Shown: positions 48,173 to 58,088 of the stretch, piece by piece
How the letters are laid out: each line of letters begins with the position of its first letter
Numbering within the stretch: position 1 is the stretch's first letter
IMG/VR virus record: IMGVR_UViG_3300025099_000012
Location: 1-64,000 of that record
DNA from: a virus
Direction: 5' to 3' (one strand)
DNA: 64,000 nt
Notes under the pieces: generated by a model
What the model was told of the DNA's origin: nothing
Database searches by the model: none
Seen by the model: only the letters and a program-made list of their open reading frames with translations
Program-made: the position numbers and the translations under genes

Positions 48173-49408
48173 TTACCCTAAATATTGTTCAGCGCTACCG
48201 CCTTGCATTTGATTCTCCAGAGAATTTCTGCGACGACGCTCATCTTCAATTATATTACCTCCAACTTGACCTGCGGCTAATCCAGCCATCCCGCCAATTA
48301 GTCCACTAATTGCAGCACGTTTGTCCCTTACTCCATACTTTGCTCCAGCCAATCCACCAGCTAATGCCGTTGCAAAAGGAATAACTCCTGTTGTAACTGG
48401 CAGACCTCTTCCCAAAAACTGAACCTCAGGTCCGTGAATACCTTCATCTGTAAACTTAAGTGCACCTGCTCCAATAGTCACATCGCCATCTAGTGGGTTG
48501 TAGTCTTCGCGCTTGTCATACTTAAATGCTTGGTAGCGGTTGTAATCCTCACGACTTACATCTGGTCTTACTTTCTTAAACTCTTCATAAGGAAGTAATT
48601 GACCGGTCCTACCCATTAAATACTTAAGACCAATTTCACCAATAATGTTTGCGCTTTTTGTTGGATCCTCTTCTGAAGGAATTGCCGCTTTATATCCCTC
48701 AGCACCTCCAAATGGGCTCATAAGCCCTAGTCCGGTATTAATTGCAATGCCAGTAGGTATTGCTAATGCTTGGACCATCCCAGGGCTGTAATTACGCTTT
48801 TGTAAATCACCTGAATCATCAAAGCTGTATCCACGAGCTGCTGTTAATTTGTCATCTATATACTTTGCTTTTTTACTATCCACCATTTCTTTGATGGAGT
48901 CCTTATCTTGTATATTCAAATATCTTGGAACATTGCCCTCTGGTGTAGACCTGAATGGAATCTCAGAGCTTTGTACACGAGACTTTTTATAAAGCTCTGG
49001 GACAACACGAGACAATGCTTGCTCATTAATTACTTCACCTGTTGCCTGTAGTGCGTTGAGTAGCCAGTACACACTACGGGTGGTGTCCTGAGTCAAGTCA
49101 TTAGCAACACTTCCCATTATTTGTCCAGACTTTCGAGCATTACTGCCTTTCAGCTGCATGTCTAGCTCTTCAAGCGCTTGACGTTTTTCAGGCCTCAGGT
49201 TTCCTGTAAGTTCTTGTATTCGAAATGCGGCAGGGTGGGTTCCCATAAGAGAATCCCATTTAGTTGATTCTTCAGTTTGACCGCTTAGCTTCCGATCTCG
49301 AAGCATTGCATTTCTACGATCCTCACGTCCTAGCGAATAGTCATCTTTAAAGCCTTCACCAAAGTCGCTGAGGATATTCCGAATCATCTGCATCCGATCT
49401 TTTGCCAT
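48173..49408 (-). CDS. probable internal virion protein
   Basis: 411 aa with C-terminal Gly-zipper helices. Confidence 0.5.
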   Translation of the reverse strand: MAKDRMQMIRNILSDFGEGFKDDYSLGREDRRNAMLRDRKLSGQTEESTKWDSLMGTHPAAFRIQELTGNLRPEKRQALEELDMQLKGSNARKSGQIMGSVANDLTQDTTRSVYWLLNALQATGEVINEQALSRVVPELYKKSRVQSSEIPFRSTPEGNVPRYLNIQDKDSIKEMVDSKKAKYIDDKLTAARGYSFDDSGDLQKRNYSPGMVQALAIPTGIAINTGLGLMSPFGGAEGYKAAIPSEEDPTKSANIIGEIGLKYLMGRTGQLLPYEEFKKVRPDVSREDYNRYQAFKYDKREDYNPLDGDVTIGAGALKFTDEGIHGPEVQFLGRGLPVTTGVIPFATALAGGLAGAKYGVRDKRAAISGLIGGMAGLAAGQVGGNIIEDERRRRNSLENQMQGGSAEQYLG

Positions 49409-49914
49409 TAACCAATACCTTGGTTGTCGTATAGATAGCTTTGTGTAGATCCTGGTAGCAGTCCTAATTCAGCTAACAGCTTTCCTGTTTGATCCTGTCG
49501 GATCATGTTCTCTAGTGCTTCACGATCCTGTGCACTTAGCTTTTCATAAGGTGTCTGACCTTTTCCACCCATAGCAAGATCTTTACCTTGTTGTAGTTTT
49601 TCAGCAACTACTCGGCCACCCATATCTCCACCAATCGAACCTGCCATATCTAGCATCCTTGCTAGGTTTACATTTGTTCCACCAAGTCTTCCTAAAGCTA
49701 ATCCACCTAAACCACCACCTACTACTGTTGAACCACCAGCAATTAATTTATCTCCAATATCTCCAGGTGTCAGTGCCATTTCTATGCCACCATAAAACAC
49801 TTCTGGAAGAAGACGTTCTCCAAGCGCCATGTTACCCATATATTTTTTTGTAGCAGGATCCCTGAATAAACCTTTGACAGCACTACCTGCAAATCTTCCT
49901 ACTTTACCAATCAT
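49408..49914 (-). CDS. glycine-zipper probable virion protein
   Basis: N-terminal RFAGS; GGGLGGLALG. Confidence 0.5.
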   Translation of the reverse strand: MIGKVGRFAGSAVKGLFRDPATKKYMGNMALGERLLPEVFYGGIEMALTPGDIGDKLIAGGSTVVGGGLGGLALGRLGGTNVNLARMLDMAGSIGGDMGGRVVAEKLQQGKDLAMGGKGQTPYEKLSAQDREALENMIRQDQTGKLLAELGLLPGSTQSYLYDNQGIG

Positions 49915-49954
49915 TATTCCTTACGCAGATTAATAGTTATCAATATTATATCTT

Positions 49955-50242
49955 TTAGGTAACCTCTTGACCAAATTGTGGATTGTTGAAGTTATCCATC
50001 CAGTTATCTGTTATTTTTGCGTTCTTTGGATCTTCCATATACTGCTGAACTCTGAATCTTGCTTCTGTTCTAGTATTTTCTGGACGACTAAAGTTTTCTG
50101 GATGTTTTACATCTGGCACCCCTGCACTGTATCCAATGATGCTTGGTGCAAACATTTTATCTTCTTGTGTCCTTTTCCCCTGTGCAATTTCATTACGGTT
50201 TTGCAGATCTACACGGGCTAAATTTCTCTTGTTAAAACTCAT
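49955..50242 (-). CDS. hypothetical protein
   Basis: 95-aa ORF. Confidence 0.5.
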   Translation of the reverse strand: MSFNKRNLARVDLQNRNEIAQGKRTQEDKMFAPSIIGYSAGVPDVKHPENFSRPENTRTEARFRVQQYMEDPKNAKITDNWMDNFNNPQFGQEVT

Positions 50243-50244
50243 GA

Positions 50245-52386
50245 TCAGGCTCGGGGGAAACGTGAACGACGGCCTACTGGAGGCAGTTGGGAAATAATTG
50301 AACTCATTGCATCTGCACGACGAGTGAGGTCCTCATCTGCTCTGCGTTGTACAGCTTGTGCACCAATGATGTTGGATTTATTGCGCTTACGGCGAATAGC
50401 CGCATCTGCTCTGGATTCAGGTCTCTTTTTCTTTTCTGCAGCTGCTTGGGCACGACCCTCACTCAGCTGTTTAAGATTTGATCGAATCGCGGCAGGGTCT
50501 GATTCACCAGTGTTGTTATAGACCAGTTGCTGACCAAACGTAGACAGTGGGTTGGTTGAGCGCTGCGCGGGCATCCCAATATATGGCTTTTGCGCTCCTG
50601 ATGTTTCTAGCTTGCCGAACCGCTTTTTAATGTCTTCTTCTGCACCTCTTCCTGAACCTAATTCACCGCGAGTACCAATTGGTGCTCTAGTGCCTCCTTT
50701 CTGTTGAGCAATTTGAATGCTTCCAAATCCTTCTGAGGGTGAATCAAATACAACACCGCCACGCTTACGGCGTTCATTCTCTACTAGTGCTTGAGCGGTA
50801 CCACCACTGACACCTTTATAGCTTTCAGGTGATAAGGAGATTTGAGGTTGTTCAATGGGAGTGTTTGTTCTCCCCAAGTAAGTGCCTGTTGGGTTTTGAT
50901 TAACTGATGAACGACGGGCAGCGTCTAGTTGGAACAATGAGTTAGCCAATCGCTGTTCATCTCCACTTCCCAGGTCCAATTTGTTCATTAATCCGCTAAC
51001 AACCTGTGTTCCAGCTGGAATATTATTTTCAAATTGATCTTTAATATACAGTGTGTTTCCTTTACGCTTCAGCTCTTGATTTACAAACGTTGCAGCTTTC
51101 TCAAGCTCATCAATTGACCGGATATTTCCTGATATCTGCTGTAGAGCGGGATTTTTCATACGAACACCCAGTGCACGCAGTTTATTTGCGAAATTTGATG
51201 TCTCTTTAGAGATATTTGCCTGTGGGTAACGGGGAGGAGTGCTTCCTGTGTCCTGAACCATGGCAGGGAGGTTGCTTGCAACCCACTCACGCGCAGTTTG
51301 TGGATTCTGTGGAGCATTCATCATCTGAGCAGTGTCAGGTGTGTTAGCTCCTTGGGTTGAAAGGCTGATACCTAAAGCAGGGTCCAAAGCAATAGGAGCC
51401 TTGGTCACTGGATCTGCATATCCCACAATCCGTCCAGTGTTATCAACGATCTCTTCTGCATTAGGGAAGGTTCCCTGTGGACCTTGGCGAATGACCTGTG
51501 TTTGTTCCATACCTCCAAGGGAGCCTGCGGCTCCGAGGCGGCGAATTTCACCAATACGGCCAATAGCTTCATCAGCCATGGCACCTGGTCCGTTAACTGT
51601 GTAACCCAACCGTGCATAAGTATCCGCTAGATGACCCACAGCTTCATCATTCTCTGCTCTCATCTGTGGGCTAAAGCGAGCACTGTCACCTCGTACTGTT
51701 GCTCGTCCAACTCGTGCATCAGCTACCCTTTCATTCCCTAAATAGACGTTGAGAGCGTCCATTGCTGTCTTTGTTTCGCTATCAACCCCAGATCCACCGA
51801 ATACACGGGCAATAGATCCACCAATTCCACTCTGTTGCCGTTCAGCAGAACGTTGTAGATCACTCAAAGCATCACTAAGCACCGATTTAGGAGCATTGGC
51901 ACCTATATATCCCAGTGGTTCTATAAATGTTTGCTTTCCTACAAAGGCTTTGCCATCTTTTTTGCGCTTTCTACGGCGTAATCCTTCGAATTCGCCATAT
52001 TCAAGAGGCTTTTGCTCTTCTAAAGTCTCTCTACGAACTAATCCAGTCTCTTCATCCTCCGTAAAACCTCGATCATACGCTCTATATGTCTGCTCATCGT
52101 CCTGCATTTGGCCAAAAGCAGCAATTAATTCATCATCATCAAGATATTTAAGATCATCTAACTCTTGACGACCTACTTCAGCCCTAGTTGTCTTCTCTGA
52201 CTGTGCAATCTCACGTAGATATTGTTCTGGATCAAACTGTTGGTCAGCCCTAGCCTGTCGACGTCGCTTACGAGACACAGCTTCAAGCATCTGTTCTTGC
52301 GTCAACCCAAGGGTTTGACGTGCGGCCTGAAATTGTGCACTCTCTATTAATGCATTGTTTAGGGCTTGTTTAGCTTCTAGTGACAC
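50245..52386 (-). CDS. large probable internal virion protein
   Basis: 713 aa; own TACAAT box at 52413-52418. Confidence 0.55.
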   Translation of the reverse strand: MSLEAKQALNNALIESAQFQAARQTLGLTQEQMLEAVSRKRRRQARADQQFDPEQYLREIAQSEKTTRAEVGRQELDDLKYLDDDELIAAFGQMQDDEQTYRAYDRGFTEDEETGLVRRETLEEQKPLEYGEFEGLRRRKRKKDGKAFVGKQTFIEPLGYIGANAPKSVLSDALSDLQRSAERQQSGIGGSIARVFGGSGVDSETKTAMDALNVYLGNERVADARVGRATVRGDSARFSPQMRAENDEAVGHLADTYARLGYTVNGPGAMADEAIGRIGEIRRLGAAGSLGGMEQTQVIRQGPQGTFPNAEEIVDNTGRIVGYADPVTKAPIALDPALGISLSTQGANTPDTAQMMNAPQNPQTAREWVASNLPAMVQDTGSTPPRYPQANISKETSNFANKLRALGVRMKNPALQQISGNIRSIDELEKAATFVNQELKRKGNTLYIKDQFENNIPAGTQVVSGLMNKLDLGSGDEQRLANSLFQLDAARRSSVNQNPTGTYLGRTNTPIEQPQISLSPESYKGVSGGTAQALVENERRKRGGVVFDSPSEGFGSIQIAQQKGGTRAPIGTRGELGSGRGAEEDIKKRFGKLETSGAQKPYIGMPAQRSTNPLSTFGQQLVYNNTGESDPAAIRSNLKQLSEGRAQAAAEKKKRPESRADAAIRRKRNKSNIIGAQAVQRRADEDLTRRADAMSSIISQLPPVGRRSRFPRA

Positions 52387-52435
52387 TATTTCTACTGCGT
52401 AAACCTACAACTATTGTAGATAATTTAAATATCTT

Positions 52436-53479
52436 TTATATTCCCAATAACCGTGTAAAGTAATTGCTGTTTATATCACTCTTGATAGGTACTCCCGTTA
52501 TGTTTTCTGCTAGCTGTTGCATTGCACTATTATTCATTAAAGCTTTGTAGTCAATAGGATCGGACTGATTAAATGCATCTGCATAGTTTGTTGTAGACGG
52601 AGCAGGCATATCTTTGATTATTGGTTTTATGTTGGGATTTTTGTAAGAATTGATTACTGCGTTTGTTGCTTCATCTTTAAATTCCTGTGCTTGTGGAATG
52701 ATACGCACATCTGGTTCGCCTGATCCATCTACATCTACTTCTACACTTCCACCTTTGTTCCCATGAATTGCATCAAACTTTGCTGGATTGAAATCCTCAC
52801 CCTTGCTAACATCTTGATTCATTACTCTGTAGTCGCTCATTAGGTCCCTTCGATCTTGAGCTTTTTCTTTTGCAACACCTTTTGTATATTCTTTGTATGC
52901 CAAAGCAGGGTTTTGTTGTGCCCATATTGCTAGATTCTCTCCATTCTTTTGACCTTTGAAATAGTCTTGCATTGCATCTTTGTTTGCTTCACCCGCTTTA
53001 AAGTTAGATGCATATTGCTCAGTAGCGTTTGGGTCTAACCGAGGACCTTTCGATAGAGGAGGTGCATCATTTAGATCTGGATCTGGATCTGGATCTGGAT
53101 CTGGATCTGGTGTGTCAACCGTTGTTTTAAAACTCTTCATCAGTGGAGTTATTGTCTTTGGCGTGAACACTGCATTGTTCCCTTGCTCTAACCCATACCA
53201 CGTGGTACCGCCTAATTGAATGGTGTTAGGTACATAGCCTTCTTTTTCCAAAAAATAATTGTCAGCATCTTGGAATTTTACATCTTTAACTAAAACTGCT
53301 GGCTTATTGTTCAAAACTGTTGAGGTTCCATCAAACCTGCCTCCAGTTTGCCCCTGCAATCCCGTAAATTTTGATCCAGGTGTCATTAATTTAGCAGTAA
53401 CCGCTTTTTGTAAAGCAACCTGTGCTTTTTTCCGAGCACTATTTGCACTTGTTGTTCTTCTTCTATTACTTGCGGGCAT
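52436..53479 (-). CDS. hypothetical protein with PD-repeat linker
   Basis: 347 aa, first gene of the minus-strand block. Confidence 0.6.
   Translation of the reverse strand: MPASNRRRTTSANSARKKAQVALQKAVTAKLMTPGSKFTGLQGQTGGRFDGTSTVLNNKPAVLVKDVKFQDADNYFLEKEGYVPNTIQLGGTTWYGLEQGNNAVFTPKTITPLMKSFKTTVDTPDPDPDPDPDPDLNDAPPLSKGPRLDPNATEQYASNFKAGEANKDAMQDYFKGQKNGENLAIWAQQNPALAYKEYTKGVAKEKAQDRRDLMSDYRVMNQDVSKGEDFNPAKFDAIHGNKGGSVEVDVDGSGEPDVRIIPQAQEFKDEATNAVINSYKNPNIKPIIKDMPAPSTTNYADAFNQSDPIDYKALMNNSAMQQLAENITGVPIKSDINSNYFTRLLGI
53075..53110. repeat. hexanucleotide tandem repeat (ATCTGG)6
   Basis: Encodes Pro-Asp repeat on - strand. Confidence 0.9.
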
Positions 53480-53879
53480 ATCTAATTTGCAAATATCTTT
53501 AATTTTACCTAATTCAAAAACTACTCTTGCTACGCTATTTCCCTATATTGTTTATTTGAAAATGATAGGAGGAGGAGAGTAGCTAGGAATTAACAAGGGA
53601 TATATACAAAACAAGCGTATTTTGCGTAGTTCGTAGTTTCGATTCAAACAAAGCAGCGCTGCATCGTGATATCAGTAATTGTCAACGTCCGCTAACACAG
53701 CCATATTTAGTTTGTACCCGAAAATAAAGACCATATACCCAAATATTCTTGGGTCAGAGTCAGCTAAATTGACATATGGCACAAAAAGATCCCCTATAGG
53801 ACCCTAAATTAGTTAGAAAATTTTCGACACGTCTAATCCCTTCTGTACCCCGGTAACCGGTGGAACAAAAAAAATAGTC

Positions 53880-54060
53880 ACAAGTTTTACATGTGATTTT
53901 TCTTTTGATTTAACTTCTGTTAAACAGAAGGATTCAACTCAAGTTAACAACAGTTAATTTTACACAAGATGTTTCACATTTGTTTAACTTATGTTGTAAC
54001 AGTTGAGTTCTTACACATGTAACGTTCACTTAACAGAAGTATAACTTTCGTTTATACATC
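53880..54060. other. AT-rich non-coding region with palindromes (candidate origin/terminus)
   Basis: CTTCTGTT-A-AACAGAAG 53914-53930; ACTTCTGTTAA vs TTAACAGAAGT (54030); TTACACATGTAA; at divergence of - and + gene blocks. Confidence 0.4.
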
Positions 54061-54181
54061 TGTCGTTGACGTATGTGTATTCATTGATGACTCATGTCTC
54101 ACCTCGTAGAGATGTCATCATTCCCCCTCAATTCAATTACCGAACACACTCACTCACGCCTATCGGCGTGTCTATTAGTTA

Positions 54182-54415
54182 GTGTTCTTTGCTCGTTCTG
54201 TCGTGCTCGCTGTTTTCTCCGCCTCGTTCCTCGTTGGCTTTGGCTTGGCTTTCGCTCCTCGTCGCTCCGTCTTCTGTGAGGCTCCCTCTGGTACCCCTGG
54301 CGTCTGCGCTTCTCGCGTGGCTTTGCCTCTGCTTCCGTTCGTCTTCGCCTTTTGGTGGCTGCGTCTTGCTCCTCGCGGTTGCTCGGTGTTCGTTCTTTGA
54401 GGGCTTTGCCCTCTG
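54182..54415 (+). other. adenine-depleted tract
   Basis: 234 nt with A only at 54279, 54293, 54400. Confidence 0.95.
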
Positions 54416-54475
54416 AACACATTTAACTCGCTGACTCGCGAGTCTATTCATTAGTGTTCTTTTTATATAACAGCC

Positions 54476-54619
54476 ATGTTCACGATCGTTGATCTTCTCA
54501 CAATGAAGGAACTTGCTACCTTCTCCTGTCACTACAAAGCTTCCTGTCGTGTAGCAGAGATGGAAGAAGAGTTAGATGCCAAAGGAATCAAACATGAGTT
54601 CCTGATTTGGCCTGAGTAA
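54476..54619 (+). CDS. small cassette protein (47 aa)
   Basis: MFTIVDLLTMKELATFSCHYKASCRVAEMEEELDAKGIKHEFLIWPE; fills space between elements. Confidence 0.6.
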   Translation: MFTIVDLLTMKELATFSCHYKASCRVAEMEEELDAKGIKHEFLIWPE

Positions 54620-54682
54620 GGCAACACATGAGCCCGTCTATCGACGGGTCTATTTCACTGTGTTCTTTATGAGTATGCACTC

Positions 54683-54844
54683 ATGTCCATTCGTAATTGG
54701 GAAGCCCACCTTGAAATCCAAGGGTGCCATATCGCATCCTTCAAGTTGTCTAACCCAAACGAACTTGCGGACAAGGTGACACTGGATGACCTCCAGTTCT
54801 GCGACAAGATCACACTTGTCCCTGTCCGCTTGCCTCGTGACTGA
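54683..54844 (+). CDS. small cassette protein (53 aa)
   Basis: MSIRNWEAHLEIQG...VRLPRD; stop TGA overlaps TGAACAC. Confidence 0.6.
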   Translation: MSIRNWEAHLEIQGCHIASFKLSNPNELADKVTLDDLQFCDKITLVPVRLPRD

Positions 54845-54902
54845 ACACAAGTGCAGGCGTCTATCGACGTCTGTATTTTTTCGTGTTCTTTACATCAAAC
54901 AG

Positions 54903-55073
54903 ATGTACACAGTTTCCTACTTCGAAGTTCACTGTGATGACGGTATCCCTGAAGCTACTCGCCAGTACTTCAATACCTACCACGAAGCACAGGCTTACGC
55001 TAAGTCCTTCGATGACTGGGACGACGTTCGCGTTGATTACCTCCAGGTAAACACAGAACCTCTCCCCTTCTGA
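54903..55073 (+). CDS. small cassette protein (56 aa)
   Basis: MYTVSYFEV...TEPLPF; stop overlaps TGAACAC. Confidence 0.65.
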   Translation: MYTVSYFEVHCDDGIPEATRQYFNTYHEAQAYAKSFDDWDDVRVDYLQVNTEPLPF

Positions 55074-55130
55074 ACACACATGGCCCGTCAATTGACGGGT
55101 CTATTTCACTGTGTTCTTTTAATCAATCTC

Positions 55131-55259
55131 ATGATTACTATCAAATTCAACGCTCCTTACACTGGTGCACTCCGCACTCAGTCGTTCTCATCACTTGCAG
55201 AAGCTCAATCAATGATTGACTTCTATGCATCATGTGGAACTAGAGCTTGGTTTGCATAA
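55131..55259 (+). CDS. small cassette protein (42 aa)
   Basis: MITIKFNAPYTGALRTQSFSSLAEAQSMIDFYASCGTRAWFA. Confidence 0.65.
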   Translation: MITIKFNAPYTGALRTQSFSSLAEAQSMIDFYASCGTRAWFA

Positions 55260-55320
55260 CCATTGAAGGCAGTCTATCGACTGCTTTCTTTCACTGTGTT
55301 CTTTATATCTAATTCACACT

Positions 55321-55500
55321 ATGAGTAATCCTTACATCACGCAAATCTGTCAACAGACTGGCGCTACTGAGCGCGAAGTCGTCCGTGACATGATGCCTAC
55401 ATTTCGTCCTATGACTTTCCCTTGTGAAATCCATGGACGTCATTTCGAGTCACACGATGACTACATGAATGAGTTACACGAGTTCATAGCTGGTATGTAA
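55321..55500 (+). CDS. small cassette protein (59 aa)
   Basis: MSNPYITQ...ELHEFIAGM; stop overlaps TAACAC. Confidence 0.6.
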   Translation: MSNPYITQICQQTGATEREVVRDMMPTFRPMTFPCEIHGRHFESHDDYMNELHEFIAGM

Positions 55501-55558
55501 CACAATGGCGTCAATTGACGCCTCTATTTCATTGTGTTCTTTCGATACTAAGTATCTC

Positions 55559-55879
55559 ATGCGTAAACTCGCAACCCTTACCAAGATGACTGCTAAAGGC
55601 TTGTCAACTTGGACATTCGCTCAATGTGACAGTGTCTACGTTGCATTCGGTGGTACTACTAACCGATGCATCGTTCTACAGACTAAACGTCACTTAGAGG
55701 ACCTTATGTCTCAATTTGTGTCCTCTTATGGTTACGAGAGACCACGTCCTAAAGCAATTAGCTTGGACGGTGTAAATCTCAAACCTATTAAGCGTGTACC
55801 CCCTTCTATGCAGAAGGAGCTTGCTCTATTAGCAGCAACTCCCTCCCCTGCAGAAGAAGAGTTGGTACCACTCTTTTGA
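55559..55879 (+). CDS. cassette protein (106 aa)
   Basis: ATG after element (MRKLATL); track start lies inside the hairpin. Confidence 0.6.
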   Translation: MRKLATLTKMTAKGLSTWTFAQCDSVYVAFGGTTNRCIVLQTKRHLEDLMSQFVSSYGYERPRPKAISLDGVNLKPIKRVPPSMQKELALLAATPSPAEEELVPLF

Positions 55880-55957
55880 GCAATAAGAGTCTTGGCGTCT
55901 ATCGACGCCTTTCTCCTTCTATGCCCTATTGGGCTTATTCACTTATCCGTTACACGT

Positions 55958-56206
55958 ATGCTCATCAAAGTTCCTGGTCAAGATCTCAATCTTCGTTTCT
56001 TCGAAAAAGTTGAGACTGTTGACGACCAGTACAACATCTACGACATTGGCGTAGAGCAGCCTGGAGAAGATGGCAAGACCATCATCGACAGCATCTGTGT
56101 CGGTGGATCTTTCTCCTATGCCAAGTCATTGGTGAAATCCATTGATGACAAAGCTGCGGCTAAGAAAGCTGATGCTTCTGACGCGTCCTCCGCCGCTGCG
56201 GCTTAG
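55958..56206 (+). CDS. cassette protein (82 aa)
   Basis: MLIKVPGQD...; ATG after element. Confidence 0.6.
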   Translation: MLIKVPGQDLNLRFFEKVETVDDQYNIYDIGVEQPGEDGKTIIDSICVGGSFSYAKSLVKSIDDKAAAKKADASDASSAAAA

Positions 56207-56266
56207 CTTGACGCCTGTCCCCGCTACTGCGGGGGCTTATTTTACTGTTATCCGCTAATCTGACTT

Positions 56267-56473
56267 ATGCGTATTGAAGCTCCTTTCGATCTCCCTGTAG
56301 AAGCTCTCATCGGAGCAGTCATTACAAGTGACGATGGCGCTGAACTAGGAGTTATAGCCGACGTCAGAGTGGACATTACTAATCACGAGTTTATTCTCAC
56401 TCTTGATGATGGCATTGGTCTACTCTGGAGTAATTTGAAAGACTATTCAATCAAATTCCAAGGCTCTATCTAA
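56267..56473 (+). CDS. small protein (PRC-barrel-like)
   Basis: LIGAVITSDDGAELGVIADVRVD. Confidence 0.5.
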   Translation: MRIEAPFDLPVEALIGAVITSDDGAELGVIADVRVDITNHEFILTLDDGIGLLWSNLKDYSIKFQGSI

Positions 56474-57020
56474 ACCCTCTAGTACTTACTTCCGTAATTT
56501 TATTTACTGGAATATTTGCCACGTCCATCCTTCTCTTTACCGAAGGTATGGCAAACGCTGCTCCTGTTAAAGCTGCTATACCTATTGAACTAGGTGTTAT
56601 GGACAACTGTCCAGGCTCCTGTTCATCTGCGGGTCCTCCGAATCCAGCAGCGATATCCATAACTCCACGACCTGCTAAGGCTACGCCTGCGGCCGGAATT
56701 ACGTATTTGGGCACTGCATTTACTACTGGCAAACCATACTCAACAACCTGACGTTGTTTCTGTCCCATATACGTTTCAGGACCATATCTACCAATTGGTC
56801 TACCCATTTTATCCCTAACTATAGGGTTATCTGTAAATGGTGAAAGCGTTGCTTTACGTAAGCTTGGGAGTCCACCTCCTATGCCTGTGCCAAGAGTACG
56901 TACAACTGGATTAGCATCCTTGTACATATCTCTGATACGTAGACTGTATCTATCATCAACGTCTTGAAGACTCTCAATGATTTGCCTAAGCATATCTCCA
57001 GCCTTACGTCTTACTTCCAT
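56466..57020 (-). CDS. hypothetical protein inserted antisense in the early array
   Basis: N-terminal RKAGD; TACAAT box at 57044-57049. Confidence 0.6.
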   Translation of the reverse strand: MEVRRKAGDMLRQIIESLQDVDDRYSLRIRDMYKDANPVVRTLGTGIGGGLPSLRKATLSPFTDNPIVRDKMGRPIGRYGPETYMGQKQRQVVEYGLPVVNAVPKYVIPAAGVALAGRGVMDIAAGFGGPADEQEPGQLSITPSSIGIAALTGAAFAIPSVKRRMDVANIPVNKITEVSTRGFR

Positions 57021-57286
57021 AACACTATCTTTATTTATACCTTATTGTACCTACTATTGAATTGAGACTTATATCTACCGATGGCTATTACCTACGTCAT
57101 AATCTTAGGTACCTGGGGCATAGCCTCAATCGCACTTCTACTACTTAAACTTCTATAGTTTATTGAGAACAATTATCAACTATATAGATATAGAGCGGGT
57201 ATTTACTACACCCATTACCGTATATACCGTGACCTGTCCTATGAATTACGTAGGTAAATTAGGGGAGCGGTATATATAAATAAGCA

Positions 57287-57526
57287 ATGTCCGTATTTGA
57301 CCTTATGAGCCCATTCGAACCATGGCTGACTTCACGAAGTCCGTCCGTTTATGTTATATCTGATTCAGAAATGAAGGCATATAAACAGAAACAGGCAGTC
57401 GCGGAGATCGCGGAACTGCAACGGCTAGTCGATAGTCACAAGAGTTCTATTGAACGCCTTGAGGCTCACATCAGCCAACTCGAAACAGAGCTTCCAAAGC
57501 TCACCGAAACATCTAATGCCGCATAA
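57287..57526 (+). CDS. small coiled-coil protein
   Basis: VYVISDSEM then heptads. Confidence 0.55.
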   Translation: MSVFDLMSPFEPWLTSRSPSVYVISDSEMKAYKQKQAVAEIAELQRLVDSHKSSIERLEAHISQLETELPKLTETSNAA

Positions 57527-57733
57527 CTGCGGCTGTAGATATAAATGCTCCATATATAGAAACAAGCAATGATCGTATTTGATCAAACTACCATCATCCT
57601 CGCAATCATTGGCATGATTGGGCTCCTCTCCACAGGAGTTGTCCTTACAACTGCCTTCAAGCGTAGACCTTTGAGTTAGCAACACTGGCGCTTATCAGCG
57701 CCTGTATTTATTTATGTCCTTTGGATATTTTCC

Positions 57734-57967
57734 ATGACTATGCAACCAGTAACTCTTAACAATGCACTCGATATTGCTGAAGAGCGTGCTTATGCACAAT
57801 CTCGTCCGAGCTTTCCCCCTGTAACAGACACAATTGTCTGGATCAAGCAGGTGGATTGGGCGGACGTACGCAACCGATGCCGTGGTGGAGTTCACAACGT
57901 AGGGCTTGTCCTTGCTGTGACTGGTGAAAAGATCCATGACCTTGGCGCTTGGTTAGCTGAGGTCTGA
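57734..57967 (+). CDS. cassette protein
   Basis: 77 aa after element. Confidence 0.6.
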   Translation: MTMQPVTLNNALDIAEERAYAQSRPSFPPVTDTIVWIKQVDWADVRNRCRGGVHNVGLVLAVTGEKIHDLGAWLAEV

Positions 57968-58088
57968 TCTATCTGGGGATAACAGTGTGGGAGCTCTGCA
58001 TTTCGCAGACGAGGCATGACAACCCCAGAGTGAACAAGATTGCCGCTTAATCGCGGCTTTCTTTTTACATGTTCATCACCATATAAAC

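Noticed and set aside
54182-54415. Link to a 2-aminoadenine (Z) genome
   Set aside because: No purZ-like gene seen in the window; cannot be supported here
54150-54532. R/K/E-rich minus-strand ORFs
   Set aside because: By-product of the T-free minus strand, which cannot form stop codons
55505-55957. Shared N-terminus MASIDA in two track ORFs
   Set aside because: It is the translation of the hairpin element, not a protein motif
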